From positions 39,954,423 to 40,018,422 of the forward strand of contig JARDVH010000106.1 in assembly GCA_030324005.1 (NCBI GenBank): 64,000 bases of DNA, read 5' to 3'. Position numbers and translations under genes: made by a program. The stretch is from Negaprion brevirostris (Eukaryota). The first letter of the stretch is position 1. Each line of letters opens with the position of its first letter. The notes under the pieces are model-generated. The model searched no databases. It saw only the letters and a program-made list of their open reading frames with translations, and had not been told where the DNA came from. Shown in pieces: positions 37,026-50,495 of this stretch.

Positions 37026-40000
37026 CATGGCCCATAAAGCAGCGATTGGGGTGGCAATGATTTCCACCCTGTAACCATTGGATGAGGTGAATTTGAACTA
37101 TTTCCAAATCAGGGATTCTGGAATAATGAGTAGTGGCGATAAAAATTGGAGAATTAGTGTCCTGACTGGCACATTTTTTAACTATTGCTTCAGTGGTATA
37201 CTTGAGACATTGTTCATTAAAGAAAACAGACGTTGGCTGTGTTACTAGCATTCGAGTAATCCTAGGCCCCTCAGGAGAAAGTATTTCAGGGCAATCTTCT
37301 CTGCTTCTTGTTAAGCATATTTACATTTTACTTAAAATTCTGCTTAATTTGCAAATACTAGTCGTTCATACCTTGTTAGGTGAAGCACAACTGGTGACCC
37401 TAGTGTTAGAAATTCCAAATTTTAATCTTAAAAATTTTTAATTAGAAGGGTTTTATAATTCAGAAACATTCTTACAACTTAAAGATATATTTTAAATTAA
37501 AGCACTATTTTTCCCTTATTCATCCCCGTCTGAGCATTAAAGGCAGGTGTTCTTCCTAAAGTAGGAGACTCACAGGTGTTAATAACTCCTGTGTTGGCCC
37601 CAGAAATATTACCTATTGCTTTCATTGTGATAATGTCATACACAATTTGATGTAAGTAAACCGTAATTTGGCACAAGTGGAGTCATTGCTTCTTAGACTT
37701 GCAACACATAATCAAGTGCCTTCCTCAGAACTTTACGTGTCATGCCACAATTGCATCTTTAATTTATTTGCATATAACCTGAAACTATGCACAACACTAG
37801 CTTCAGGATCTGTTCAGTGATTGACAGGGATCAATAACATAAACCCCAAATGGTTAATTAAGACCTGACTGCTATACAGGTCATGTATAGTGGTCTGGTA
37901 CACACTATAAAAAAAAGCTAATCAGTACTATAAATGATTAAAACACCCAGTACAATAAAACCATTATCACCTAATCTAGGAACAATAATCCAGGATATAT
38001 GCGTAATGAAACCAAATGCCAAAGGTGCGTGTATCAGTAATGAACAGCTCATCACTTGGTGCAACATAGCAAAGTTTCAAAAAGGGAAATTGGCACCAAT
38101 TGAACTAAATTCAGGAAGATGAGTAACCTGACATATTCCCATGAAGTTCTACTAAACAGACAGGAATGTGCTGGAAGTCAAATAATCAGGTACATCATTT
38201 CAAATGCCGTAAGAACACTCACTGAATATTTCTCTTGTTAATATCAAACAGACCATTATAACTAGTCTAAAATAAGCTTTTGACAAAGCCCAACGCCCAA
38301 TGCTCCAGATCTGCACCAGAAGGTAAATTTTGTCCTGTGTTGAAAGTTACAATGTGCATTTTGTCCTCTGAAGAGACTATATGCACATGAACCAGTAAAG
38401 TGAGACTGGAGAAAATAAAAAAGGATGCACGTTTCTATCATAAATACAGTCCTGTTTCATAATGCATTTGGCTGAATATATTAATGTTTCTTCCCAAGAA
38501 CTTCATAAATCTAATGTAGCCCAAGCCTTAGTCATAAAGTCTATATGGACACTGGGTTGGTGCGGGTCAGATTGGAGTTAGGAATGGCAATGTGTCCTTC
38601 CAATGAAGGATCAGGCAGCCAGCCAAACTCTTGTAAGTGTCACAAAGTAAGATTGCATATATAAACAATAGTTCAGGCCTGGAAAGAGAGAGACTGTCAG
38701 TCCATCCGCATCATTCCACAGATAATCGCTGTGATGCCAGAGGTTGTTCAATAACCTTACACGAGCAGCAAGCACACATATACTTCTCTGCATCTCTGAA
38801 TAGTACTTCACAACATTTTGATCTTCCACTAAGAAATTACCTCTCTTCCATCACATCCTTCAGCTTTCTATCATAAGGGCCGATGCAATACCATTTTCTT
38901 CTCACATACTACCAGTTATATAACTGACTCCTCCAGTGACTCCTTCCTCACCATGCACATGCCTTCCTTTGCATTCATCACATCCCCATTCTACCTTGCT
39001 ACATCTCCACCTCTTGACACATCTATTGCATGCATAGGCTTGATGTTGACCTATTCAACATCAACTTGCTAATTTTTGATCTTTAATTAAGAGCAAACAA
39101 TCCACATAATGCAAATAAGAGGAACAAAACCAAGGGAGGAATTCCAGATATCAATTCCTCATCAAAGCACTTCCTAGAGATCCGTGGCCTAGACAGAACC
39201 ATAAACATCAGAGAAGGAGAGGCTGGCAGCATTCCAGAGAAGTGTTGCTGCACCTTATTTGTAATCCTCGATTCATCTTTGGAAAAGCAACTAGCTTCAG
39301 AGTGTCAAAGCTATATTCTCAGAATTATCACTGGTTAATTTCCATACTTTATTTGCTACCCTAACTCAGTCCACTTCTCTTTCCTTTACGTCCTTTTTAT
39401 CAGAAAGGCCTTATCCAAAAACTTCTGAGGAAGCACATTCTCCTGAGGACGTACAATGCCCAATTCCTTCTTGGCACTGGCCAAGGACATAATCTCACTC
39501 TCGAGCTTTAGATCTGCAAAGTTAGTCTAATTAGACATTTTAGTGTCATGGCTGAGTATGGAAGAGTCCTCTTTCAACTTCTGTGGTGTCATCCCCCATG
39601 GCATCTACCATTGAATGTATAACCAGGCCTGTACAACAGCAGGAGCTCTTGCTCACATATTTTGAAACTTTGATGGAAGCTTGAGCTGCTGCCATACAGG
39701 CCTTGTCCTGCATTAGACAGAATGTGGAACTGAGTAGGGGCTTTGATGGAGCCACTCACCATTTGCAGGAAAGATCAGCGGTGGTGAAGAGCTCCAGTAA
39801 ACAGTATCTGTTGCTCTCTCTCAATGCCCACCTTTCCTCACTCTCTACCCTCTTGAACCAATGTTTACCATTTACCTGGCTAGCAAATTAGCTGGAGTGC
39901 CCAGGCAACAGCCAAGGTCCAGCAGTCTGGAATATCCAGAACTCAATGGGTGTAAGGACATGAAAGATCTAGCGGGGCCACTGAAGAATCTTGAGCTGGG

Positions 40001-40339
40001 CAAGCCTGATAAATCCTTGTCAACTGGTGACCAGTTTCACCGAAGGGTCATTCAGCAGACATAAGCCTCTGATTTACAAAGTGTATGTAGATTTACATAC
40101 AATCTGCAACAAAATTAAATTTACAACAGAATGCTCACTCCAGCAGTTAAGTCAAGCATTCAGAGACATTCAAAATGTAGTTTGATGCTAATGGGATAAA
40201 GAGGCCTAATAATAAATGAAGCTTTCATGTCCTTAATTGTTTTTTGTTTCTTATGAGGGTTATTCATGTAAGGGAACTAGAAAAGTTAAATTAAAATTTT
40301 CTCCAGAGGCATTCTTGCATTTATTTTTTGGGAAAAATC

Positions 40340-42320
40340 ATCAGCAGAATTTTCTGCTTCTATCACCAGCAGGAATTGTGGCAGTCTGGGGTACTAAATT
40401 TGGGAAAAGCCAGTTTTCCAGATGAAGGAAATTAGTTTTGAATTTTGTTCTCCCAACTTTCATGGCGGGTTAAAACCCAAATCAACTTTCTCATTAAGTT
40501 ATGCCAGAAACCTTAAGTCATAAGCTCTCATTAAAAGCCCTACTCGCTGGAATCACGTTCCTCCTTTAAATTAAGTGCCCTACCAGCCAATTAGAACACT
40601 GTTTCACGCATGTACGAGACTAGCATCATTCCATCAATGAGACGCTCCTTTCACTTATGTTTTAGAGAGTCTAATTTATGTACATCTATCTCAAGTATTT
40701 CCAAGGCTGGATGGGGCAGGCATCTGGGGAAGTGGGGGTATGTCCAGGGATGGTTAAGAGAGGGCTAGCAGGTGGGGTTGGTGGGTCCTGGGAGGCAGGT
40801 GGTAGGAGAGAACAGTGACAGTCAGTGGGAGACATAGGGTGGCAGGTTCTGGGTGTGAATCTGATAGGTGAAGGTATTGTCGGGTAGGATATGGAGGCGG
40901 ACAAGAAAGGTGGCATGGATAATGGGTAGGGGCAGGGTCAGGGAGGGCATGGCAACAGTAAAAGGTGTTGCTTCTGAGAGGAGGAAAGTCATGTAGAGGT
41001 GTATCATGATAGGCTCCATGGTAATGGGAGGAGGTTCAAGGATGACAGAGCGGAGAGAAATAGTGATATTGGGTGGGTGATAAGGGAAGATAAAAAGCCA
41101 CACGCACCACATTACCAGTAGCAGCAAATTCAATGTAAAACTGCAGTACCTCAAAGTGGAAGGAACGTCTCTTTAGGTGGGTGGAATTCAAGGTCAGGAC
41201 AATTGGCCACCCTAATAACCATGAGAAAACTGTGAGAACAATTGTCAATTGTGATCCTAACTCTATGATCACAACCCTACACAGCAGCAAGATTTATTTC
41301 TTNNNNNNNNNNNNNNNNNNNNNNNNNNNNNNNNNNNNNNNNNNNNNATTCTATTTGCCATTGGCTGCAGTCAGGCGGAGAGGGAGTGAGTGAGCTGGAT
41401 GCCTCCAGGGGCACAGCTGGTAGTGGCCAGGCAACTCGCAACTCCATCCATTTGAATGAATGGTCATGGCCAACAAGAAATTGTGGGGTTCATCCTTCAA
41501 TCCAACCAAGGCAATGGTCTCTCTATAGAGTTTCATGAAGACAAGTGGGAAAATGTTCACATTAGGTTTCCTGCATGAGTGTAATGTTTCCATATGCTTT
41601 TATGTCTAAAAGGCAGGAACATCCACCTCTGATCCTCAAGGATATCCTTCACCAGGTGAGGATGTCATAACTAGACAGAGGCCGGGTGAAGGCCTACTGG
41701 CTTTGAGATGAGAGAAATTTGTAAAAGACTTGCACACTTAATTCATCATTTTAAATTATTCACACATCCTCTGATGAATCAATGATGCACATTGCAAGCA
41801 ACTCTGCTTTGCTAATGCCTCTCATCCAGATGAGAAGGAGGGCCTTGCCAGCTGGGATAGGGCTCTGAGCAGCAAGAGACACCAGGATCTTTATGAAGTA
41901 AAAGAGTCTGGCAAACATGAATCACAATAATGGCAAGCATTGGTCCAACCATTGGTACTTCACGGACTTTGTTCTTGCTTACAGATGAGGGATAGGCAAT
42001 GTCAGAGTTGCTTTCATTCATCTGGGGATATTGCCCATGTCTGCCAGCTTCTCCTGTACAAGCTTCTGCACTGCAAAGACTCTGGAAAAATAATGCAGAG
42101 TTCCTGCCTACAATAAGTGAATGCCGGTAAGGGTGCCCTTTAATAATGCTGCAAGGACCTTCAACCCGATGACACAATGCCAAGGTCTTTGCACATGCAT
42201 GATTAGCGAGTTGAGAAGCAGAAGATCACACATGTTCACATGCCTTGCTGCTCAGTGGAAATCGCACTAAATTTCCCATCCAACACCACGTTTGGTCTCC
42301 AGAATGGAAAATTCCATCCT
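40340..42320. mobile_element. Probable PIF/Harbinger-derived non-autonomous element inside relic R8
   Basis: Ends cagaattttc.../...ggaaaattcc and a purine-rich interior. Confidence 0.45.
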
Positions 42321-43169
42321 ACATCTCAGTGCTTCTGTTTACCCATTAAATGTATGTTTGTTTAAGAAAAGCACAATTACAGGAAGAGAACGAAACCATC
42401 CAATGTTCAACTTTTACTGAGCTGGCCTAATGTAATCATTTACAGTATGATAATATCATAGGCACAAGTTTTGAGAAATTCCTAGCTTCTATTCTAGTCC
42501 TTACCCTGCTGACAATTTGTTCCCTGCCCCCAGATGTAACGCTTTGTTTAACCATATCCCATGATGCTTTGCCACAACCCAGCTGAGTGCAGACAGAATT
42601 GAATAAACATGTTATTGGAGTTGACAGTTGTTTCTGTGGCTCGAGGTCATTAACGAAGCTGCAAGTGCCCCTCAGGCTGAGTGCATAACAACATGTTACT
42701 CATCATTCACCGTTGAAATTATAGCGAGATCTGTACTCTGGGGATTTGTCAGTGTACCAGCTAACAAAAAGGAATCCAAGAGAGGCAATGTGCCAAATCA
42801 TTAAGGTTCAAAACATTTGGAACTGTTGATTAATTTGGTTAAGCTGGAACGAATTGTTTACATGCCAACCTAGGAAAATAGCAAATGCCAGCTTCGAAAA
42901 ATCCAACAGTCTAAGGAAAAATTGAGACAGTTCTTAAGCAGCCTTGTGACAAATGACTGAAAATCTTGGTTCTGCTAGAGGTGTGCTCAACATTCAACCA
43001 TTTATACTGAGGTCCTATAGTATGAAAAAAAGCCTCATTAGCACTATTGGGGGAGGGATAGTTCCAGGAAAATGGCAAAAAAAAAATGCTATCAGGCCAG
43101 CATCCTGACATATTCTCATCAACTTCTATTATTCCCAGAGATAGATTGGGATTGAAGATGGGAAGCCCC

Positions 43170-43475
43170 AAGGCTGAAACTAGAAGCATACAGAGGCCCT
43201 TTGGCCCATCGAGTTTCCACCAACACATAAGATCTGAACTCCCACCTAATCCCATTTATTTGCACTTGACCCATAACCTTTAATGTTATGACATGCCAAG
43301 TGCTCATCCAGTTACTTTTTAGAAGATGAGGTCAACCCGCTTCTGCTGCCCTTCCAGGCAGCACATTCCAGAACATCACCAGTACCTGGGTAAAAAAAAG
43401 CTTTTCCTCATCCCCCTAAACTTTTTGCCTCTTACCTTGAACCTATGATCCCTCATGATTGACCCTTCAATTAAG
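43170..43475 (-). mobile_element. CR1 3' fragment
   Basis: Reverse-complement HER1-type 3' UTR. Confidence 0.75.
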
Positions 43476-43539
43476 GGGAAGCATTTAAAACTGTTGGCAG
43501 GCAATTAATAAGGATTTTGCACATGGATTCCTTCTTTTT

Positions 43540-43810
43540 TGCCTCACAGCGCTGGGGATGTGGGTTTGATTCCTGGCTTGGGTCACTATCTGTGTGGAGT
43601 TTGCACGTTCCCTCTGTATCTGCGTGGGTTTCCTCTGGGTTCTCCGATTTCCTCCCACAGTCCAAAAAGCGTGCTGGATAGGTGCATTGACCATGCTAAA
43701 TTCTCCCTTAGTGTACCTGAACAGGCGCCGGAGTGTGGCCACTAGACAATTTTTACAATTACTTCATTACAGTGTTAATGTAAGCCTACCTGTGACTAAT
43801 AAATAAACTT
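43540..43810 (+). mobile_element. V-SINE with alternative 3' tail
   Basis: V-domain followed by gtggccactag...gtgttaatgtaagcctacctgtgactaataaataaacttt. Confidence 0.85.
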
Positions 43811-44239
43811 TTAAGTTTTCTAACAGTGGCTCAGTCCCACGCTGTCTCCAACCTCAAATTGATGCTGGCAGAGAATACTGGATTAGTTGGAGGGGGAGGA
43901 GGCGGTTCCTCATTATAACTGAGGAGCTATAAAGGCTTTGATCAGATTTGCAGACCTGGCCAGGTAAGAGGCTGATTTGCAAAGCATTCCTTCTGTCAGA
44001 GAACATCATTGTATGTGACAGGATGGGAATTTACCTGATCAGCACCTCACACACTTTTGGCTGCATTTCATGGGAGCTCGGGAGTACCTTATGGAGCTCC
44101 ACCATCTGTCTCTGCTGAAGGTCGACAGCAGGAGGCTCACCACTGGTACACACTCCAGCATCAGTTGCCTTCTCCTCAGCCCCATGCTCCTTCACAGGGA
44201 AAATTAAATGGTTACAGAAATAGAGTTGGAAGGGGTCAA

Positions 44240-44345
44240 GATCCCACGAGGACCAGCTACCTTGACATTATGCAAGCACCAGCATCTCAGAAGGCTCAGG
44301 CTATGATGGCAGCTCATTACTGACATCTGAACCCTCATGGTGCCA
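44240..44345 (+). mobile_element. Harbinger (HARBI1-like) transposase N-terminal fragment
   Basis: SYLD-..HQHLRRLRL*WQLITDI* resembles SYL.MSE.QCLRRLRLS...V.DIC. Confidence 0.55.
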
Positions 44346-45639
44346 CACTGCCTTCTCAGAGGAGCAGTGGGCTTGCACTGCCAGGGGCTTACAAAGTGCC
44401 CATAACTGGATGATTACCCCCCCCCCCCCACACACACACACACACGTCTCTGCCTCTCAGTCAGTTGTTTGTTCTCTTTGATAAGGAGAGAAAACAATGA
44501 CCTGTGGCAGTGTGGTAATCAGTGGTGTGCAGGATAGGGAAAGTTGCCATCCCTGGAGGGAGATTGTGATGCATGGGAATGAGAGGGTAAAATGATGAGA
44601 GGCCATTGGCTGATTACAAACGGATGAGAGGTTCCTGCAAGAAGGGGGATGAGTAGAGCTGCAAAGGTGTTTATCGATAGTGTGCTACAGAGGAACATGT
44701 TGGGCATGGTAGCACATGGGACTTGACATCTGAAAAGTATTACTCACCCACTCATCTGTCATGTTGCTCAAGGTCCGATCGATCCAGCTTTCTGCAATGA
44801 ACCTGGAGTGGTGGATAGTTCTAGCACATCTGACTAAATATGGTGATAATGGCTGAACAAGTTGTGCACCAGCTGCATTCAAATCAAGCCTGTATTTGTT
44901 GGACTTGAAACTGAAGGGCATATTGGAGAAGTTTGCTAGTGACAATGGTAAATTGAGCTGCAGAATTGGTTTGCGAGAAAAAGACAGCTGTGGAAATATC
45001 GCTGCTTTTCAGAGGAAACCAAGAGAGGTAAAGGGCAGCTGTAAACTTACTGTTGTTTCTGTAAACTGCCAGTGGGAAAAATTAACTTGCAAGTAACTGA
45101 ATCAGACAAAGCTAATAATTCTGGCAAAACCCACAACAGGCCGACACTGGTTGAAACAGTCCAGTTAAGTTCGGAACACTGGCATATATGAAAGTGCAGG
45201 CAGGCACTTGCCATCTTAAATATTTACAAAGATGACATGTATGATACTATTCCAGCAAGAACCAAAAATACCACTTGACATTTTAATAGTATGTTTTAAT
45301 ATTTATTAGGTGTAATTGGGCTATTGACCAGCAGTTCCACGCAAGAGCTTTCTAGGACTTCTCACAGTGAACTCAACTAGCCCAATACAGAGAGAGCCCT
45401 AGTCTCTCTCCCACATTGCATTCTGCACTGTGGAGGTTCTATGGTAGATTTCCTTACTGGACTACTGGGTTTAAAAAAAAGGGCAGCATAGACAAGTTGG
45501 GCCAAAGGGCCTATTTCCATGCTGTAAACCTCTATGACACTGTTTATCAAGAGTCTTTCAAAAATGGTTAAATTCAAAGAAACCATGTACTCACTAAAGG
45601 GGTGGCACAGATGAGTGGGTGAGTAATACTTCTCAGATG

Positions 45640-45937
45640 TTAGCACTGTTGCCTCACAGTGCCAGGAATCCAGGTTGAATTCCGGCCTCGGGTCACTGTA
45701 TGTGGAGTTTGCACTTTATTCCCGTGTCTAGGTGAGTTTCCTCTGTGTGCTCCGATTTTCTCCCGCAGTCCAAAGATGTGCGGGTTAGGTTGATTGGCCA
45801 TGCTAAGTTGGCCCTAATGCCAGGAGGAATGGCAGAGTAAATGTGTAGGGTTACAGGAATAAGGCCTGAGTGGAATTGTGGTCGGTACAGACTTGATGGG
45901 CTGAATGGCCTCCTTCTTTACTGTAGTAATTCTATGA
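45640..45937 (+). mobile_element. HE1 V-SINE
   Basis: V-domain and HER1-like tail. Confidence 0.88.
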
Positions 45938-47579
45938 AAGGTGAAACCTGGAGAAATGATTCCTATACTATTGTCAACAGACCTGTAATATTTCCCACGT
46001 GTAGAAGGCAATAAGTGGAAGAGTATACAGGAGTCATAAAGAAAAGGAAACAACTGGACATTAATATGGAGAACCAACTAACTCATGCAATTTTTGCAAA
46101 CCTCTGCACATTTCCCGAGCACAGTGAATATTGGATGGCTGCCAAAGCCATCTCACCTACCAACATACGTCATGCATCATAAATATAGATCAGTAACAGA
46201 TTGTAATGGAAATTCAGTATATAATGACCGCATCATACTAACTGCTGAGAATTTGCAAAACAAAAGGATATAAGAATTGAAATTAACCTTTAGATAAAAA
46301 CACTTGCTTTGCAATTTCACAAAATACATCTATTTGTCTTCAATTGCAGGTAAACATCTATTCAATTGTAACTCTGAAATGATGCATTTCAGTTTTGTAA
46401 CAGTGTAATCAATTTCGAGGGTTGGCTCCTAAGGTAACGTCTGGCTAATAGAACCTTGGTTTTACCAAATAAGATGTTACTTAATGGCTCATTTCCAAAT
46501 AGTGCAACGCATAATTCCCTGACAATCCTTAGCCCACATAGAATTCGAAAGTAAGACAAAATATTGAAATATTTGTGTTGCTGTGTCACCGTAGCAATTT
46601 CTGATTTCCATATTGAACCATAATTAGTAAAAGGGTGCAATCTTCTGTGGGGCCCCACGGAGCAATTGCAACACTTGGCTGCCTGCACGGCTTGGATTAA
46701 AAAAATACTGATTGCATTCTGATATATGTACAATAACATTTTAAATACTGATTTATTTGTACAATATATTGTTTAATTATGTGATATCATAATGAATATT
46801 ATTCCTCCCTATGGCAAAGCCAGTTTCTTTTTTGGAACACCGCTGCCACAACATAGCGAAAACATTGCTCAACATTCTTTTTTAGATGGAGTAACCTGCT
46901 TGATCTTTGGATTTGATTTACTAACCAAGTAAAATCTGTACAGTGGCAAATCAACTAAAATCTGTATAGTGACAAATTAATTTAAATCAGTACAGTGAAG
47001 ACAAGATAAAGGAGTTTGAAGGACACAATTTGGATTTAATGAAACCTAACAAACATTGCATGTAGTCCCTGGCAGTAGTCTCACAATGTTCAGAGATGAT
47101 CCACCCAATATATCCCACCCAATGTACTTTGACTAATAGCTTTGTGGAGATGTAGAAACAGAGACACATTAATAAGGGTGTGTTGGTGGTATTTGACATC
47201 GCTTCCATTAAGTCTGGCCTGTCTGAGATGATACATGATGAGCTAATGCAAAATGAGATACTCCCTTTTTTATAATGCAAGCTGCCCCATCATAAATGTA
47301 AACAAGGCACAGTGCTGATAAGTAATAACCAAATTCAGTATAAGTAGTCACTTAGGTCACAAATGCTTTTGCTGTTGTAGGTGCTTCTCACATACAAGAA
47401 TAGTTCAGGGAGGTCATGAAGCAGAGAGAAACTAGAGAAAGACATGAATTTAGGGCCAAAACTGAGAAGAATCTAACAGCAGGTTTGGCTTTCTGGGCCA
47501 GGAGGGTGACAGCATATGCTTGGGAGGTTTTGCTATACTAAATGTGCCATGTAAAATACAAATTATTAGTGTAACACGG

Positions 47580-48410
47580 ACATGGAGAAGGAGTAGGCCA
47601 TTCAGCCCCTCGAGCCTGCTCCATCATTTAAGATTATGACTGATCTGATAGTAATAACAAATCTACATCCCACCTACCCCCAATAACCTACTGTATCCTT
47701 GTTTACCAAAAATCTATCCACCTCTGCCTTAAAAAAATTCCAAGATTCTGCTTCCAGCACTTTGTCAGGAAGAGTTCCAAAGATTCTCAACCCTCGGAGA
47801 ATTTTTTTTGCCTCATTTCCATTTGAAATGGGTGACCCTGATCCCTTATTTTTAAACAGTGAGCTCTAATTCTAGATTCTCCCACAAGGGAGATTGCTGT
47901 TGATGATGTTGCAAACATAATTCAGTAGATGATCTCAGTGATGTTCATAAGAAAATCCATGAACTCCTTAGATGTTATTGGAGTAGAAAATGGTGGGGAC
48001 AGGTGGTGCGGTTGTTAGGAGTCAATTGGCCATCGAAAGAAGCCAACATTCAACAAAAAGGGCTTTAGGAGCTTGGGTGGTGAAAGATGACCTTGCTTGG
48101 GATTGAGTCAATGAATGTAGTGGGGCCAAATAAGTTGACAAGGTTGTAAGGTTGACCGTGAATACGGCTATTGGAGTTCAGTGTTAAGAAATAAGAGAGG
48201 AGTGCAAGTGGAGAAAGGGAAAATCAGAGGGAAGGCTAGGTAAGTTGAAATGGGGGTTGATATCATCAAGGATGAACAGGCCAAGGCAGGAAAATAGGAG
48301 GTATATGAAGGAGAAACTAAAGACCAGGCTTTGGGTGGGAAAGGTGAAGATTAAATGATTTTAACTGGACAGTCATAGAATAAGGCGAGGTGTATGAAGA
48401 AGATGCCCTG
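47580..48410 (-). mobile_element. CR1 3' fragment (47580-47890) plus L2 fragment (47890-48410) inside relic R9
   Basis: ggagtaggccattcagcccctcgagcc CR1 end; purine-rich L2-type sequence. Confidence 0.6.
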
Positions 48411-48974
48411 TGCACGAATAATTTTCATCCAATAAACTGTAGCTGCAATTTATCAGTATACACAAAATAAGTACTTTCAATGACCTTACAAAGCAGCAAC
48501 ACATGATTTTTCACAACACACTGGTTCTGACATCAACCTTTTCAGCAAATTCTATTCCTGGTTTTGATGCTTCCCCTCCAACCATGAAAACAATCCTAAT
48601 TTTTTATTAAAAGAACAAATCTGTCTCACCATTGTCATTCAAATCAACCAATATTTTACTAAAAAAATTGTTGTCTGTATGTTCCTCTTAGTGATTTATA
48701 ATGGTAAAGTTGACATGTTCACATTTATGAAAAATGTCAATATGAACCTGCCACAATAATAAGAATCTCCCTCCAATGAAGGTAATGCAGCTCTGCCACT
48801 GGTGGGAGAATGCAATTTCAGCAAGATTATTTAGTCACTGTACATAGAAACTCATAATGGGAATATTTAAAACAGATGGAATTATGTCTCAATGTACTCA
48901 ACCAACTATCCTCTAAGTGTTTACGTGATGACTATACTTGGGTTTGTGTACATAATATCTAACGGCATCATTTA

Positions 48975-49385
48975 TTTTTCATTCATGGAATGTGGGAGTC
49001 ACAGACAAGGACAATGTACCATGGCCACCTTTAATTGCTTTCAGGAAACTGGTGGTTCTTGAACCATTTTTGCTCCTGTGGCATCCTTCTTGGACTTGTA
49101 TCAAACTGGAAAACACAAGGGCCTGGCTTGCCAGACTACCTAAGGACAGATAACAGTCCACCCACATTGCTGTGTCTGGATTCCCACACAAACAGATCGG
49201 GTGTGGACAGCAGGTTTCCCTCCCAGAAGGGCATTAATAAACTTACTGTGTTTTTATGGCAACCCAGTAGTTTCACGATCACCGTTACTGAGACAAGTTT
49301 TTTTGTTCCAAATTTTATTTAATTATCTGAATGTAAATTGCCCCAGCCGATATTTTGGGATTTCTAATTGTACCAACTGCCACAT
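48975..49385 (-). mobile_element. tRNA-type SINE (same family as 6205-6561)
   Basis: Reverse-complement core and tail. Confidence 0.65.
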
Positions 49386-50089
49386 CTGAGGAAGATCATT
49401 TTTCCTGTGCCTTTAAAGGAAGGAAGCTTTTAAGATATTATCATTAAAAAACAAACATCGACAAAGTTTTTGCCCTTCCTCTATTCGGCTTCCTGTTTGA
49501 GATGACAAGCAGTAATAAAGGCAAAGAATGAATACAGGAAGATGAAGCATTTACTTCTGTGGAATTGTAACTTTTCAGGAGTTACTCATTGTTTTCACTG
49601 ATTTCAGAGCAATTCTTAGAAACAGAAAAAAAATTGCTGCAAAATAGACACAAAAATACCTTATTCAATTTTTTTGCAGAAGTGTTGGACTTTTAGAAAC
49701 ATGGAATGGTTACAGCACAATAACTTGAGTAGTAATATATTTAATTATTTCATAGTGGAGTAAAAACTATCAAAAAACAATATTTTGTAGGAAAAACCAG
49801 TACAATCTACGGTGACAACTATATATGATGACAACTTAGTTATAGGGGGTGAAAATGGTCTTCAAATGATTACAGAAAATGGCAATAACTTCAGTGGAAA
49901 TGACAATTAGGGCATAAAGTGGACTGTCAATTCACGTCAGCTGAAGACCATTTGAGTCCATGGTACCTAAAATAACTTCTCCTTATTGATGGAGCATACA
50001 TTTTTCATAGTATAATAGTATTCATCTAGTACGGTTAAAGAGAGGGAGAGAAGCCTCAAGAGGAAATATAAAAGGAAAGGCAACAGGAA

Positions 50090-50495
50090 AGGAATTTTTG
50101 TTTATTAATGCCTTTTACATGCTATATCCCAAAGTATTTTAGTCAACTGGAGTACTGTTGTGTGCCAATTGTAATGGGAGGCAATGCAGCAGCTTGATGC
50201 ATACAACAAACTCCCATAAACTGCAGCGGAGCAACTTACCAGATCTGATCTTTAACATGATGGTTGAGAGATAAGTATTAGCTAAGATTCCGGAAGAACT
50301 CCCTTCAAATTATGTTATGTAATCTTTATGTTCAAGGAGATCTCATTTAACAATCCAAAAGATCTGATATTGCCACTTGTTCATTCTGTATTGTATCATT
50401 AATCTAGTTAATGTACTACAATTCCAGAGTGAGGCCTGAACACAGGAGGCTATGACTCAGAAGCAAGAATACACTACCATTATGCTAAACTGACA
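50090..50495 (-). mobile_element. DeuSINE (SacSINE1-like)
   Basis: Reverse-complement tRNA head (ctgaac...tgactcagaagcaagaa) and a Deu-domain-like core. Confidence 0.6.

Larger units (their letters stand above)
36105..42900 (+). pseudogene. Paramyxovirus-like L gene relic R8, near full span
   Basis: LFRS..PT (36114), NIFVN, KNGL, LNSLF, W-MIS (37052-37065; motif B WTMIS), RISVLTG...TIA (37150-37188; motif C context), TIIQDI, N-M-KG (~38010; cf. NPMLKG), NIAKF, SNVAQAL (38510-38530; HR motif), IY.Q..GL, VHPH, NLLIFD, LFF..EG (~40240), PYPAD (42499-42513). Confidence 0.8.

Noticed and set aside
49835-49875. IGGENG as the L methyltransferase GxGxG motif
   Set aside because: Weak match with doubtful spacing; not used as evidence.
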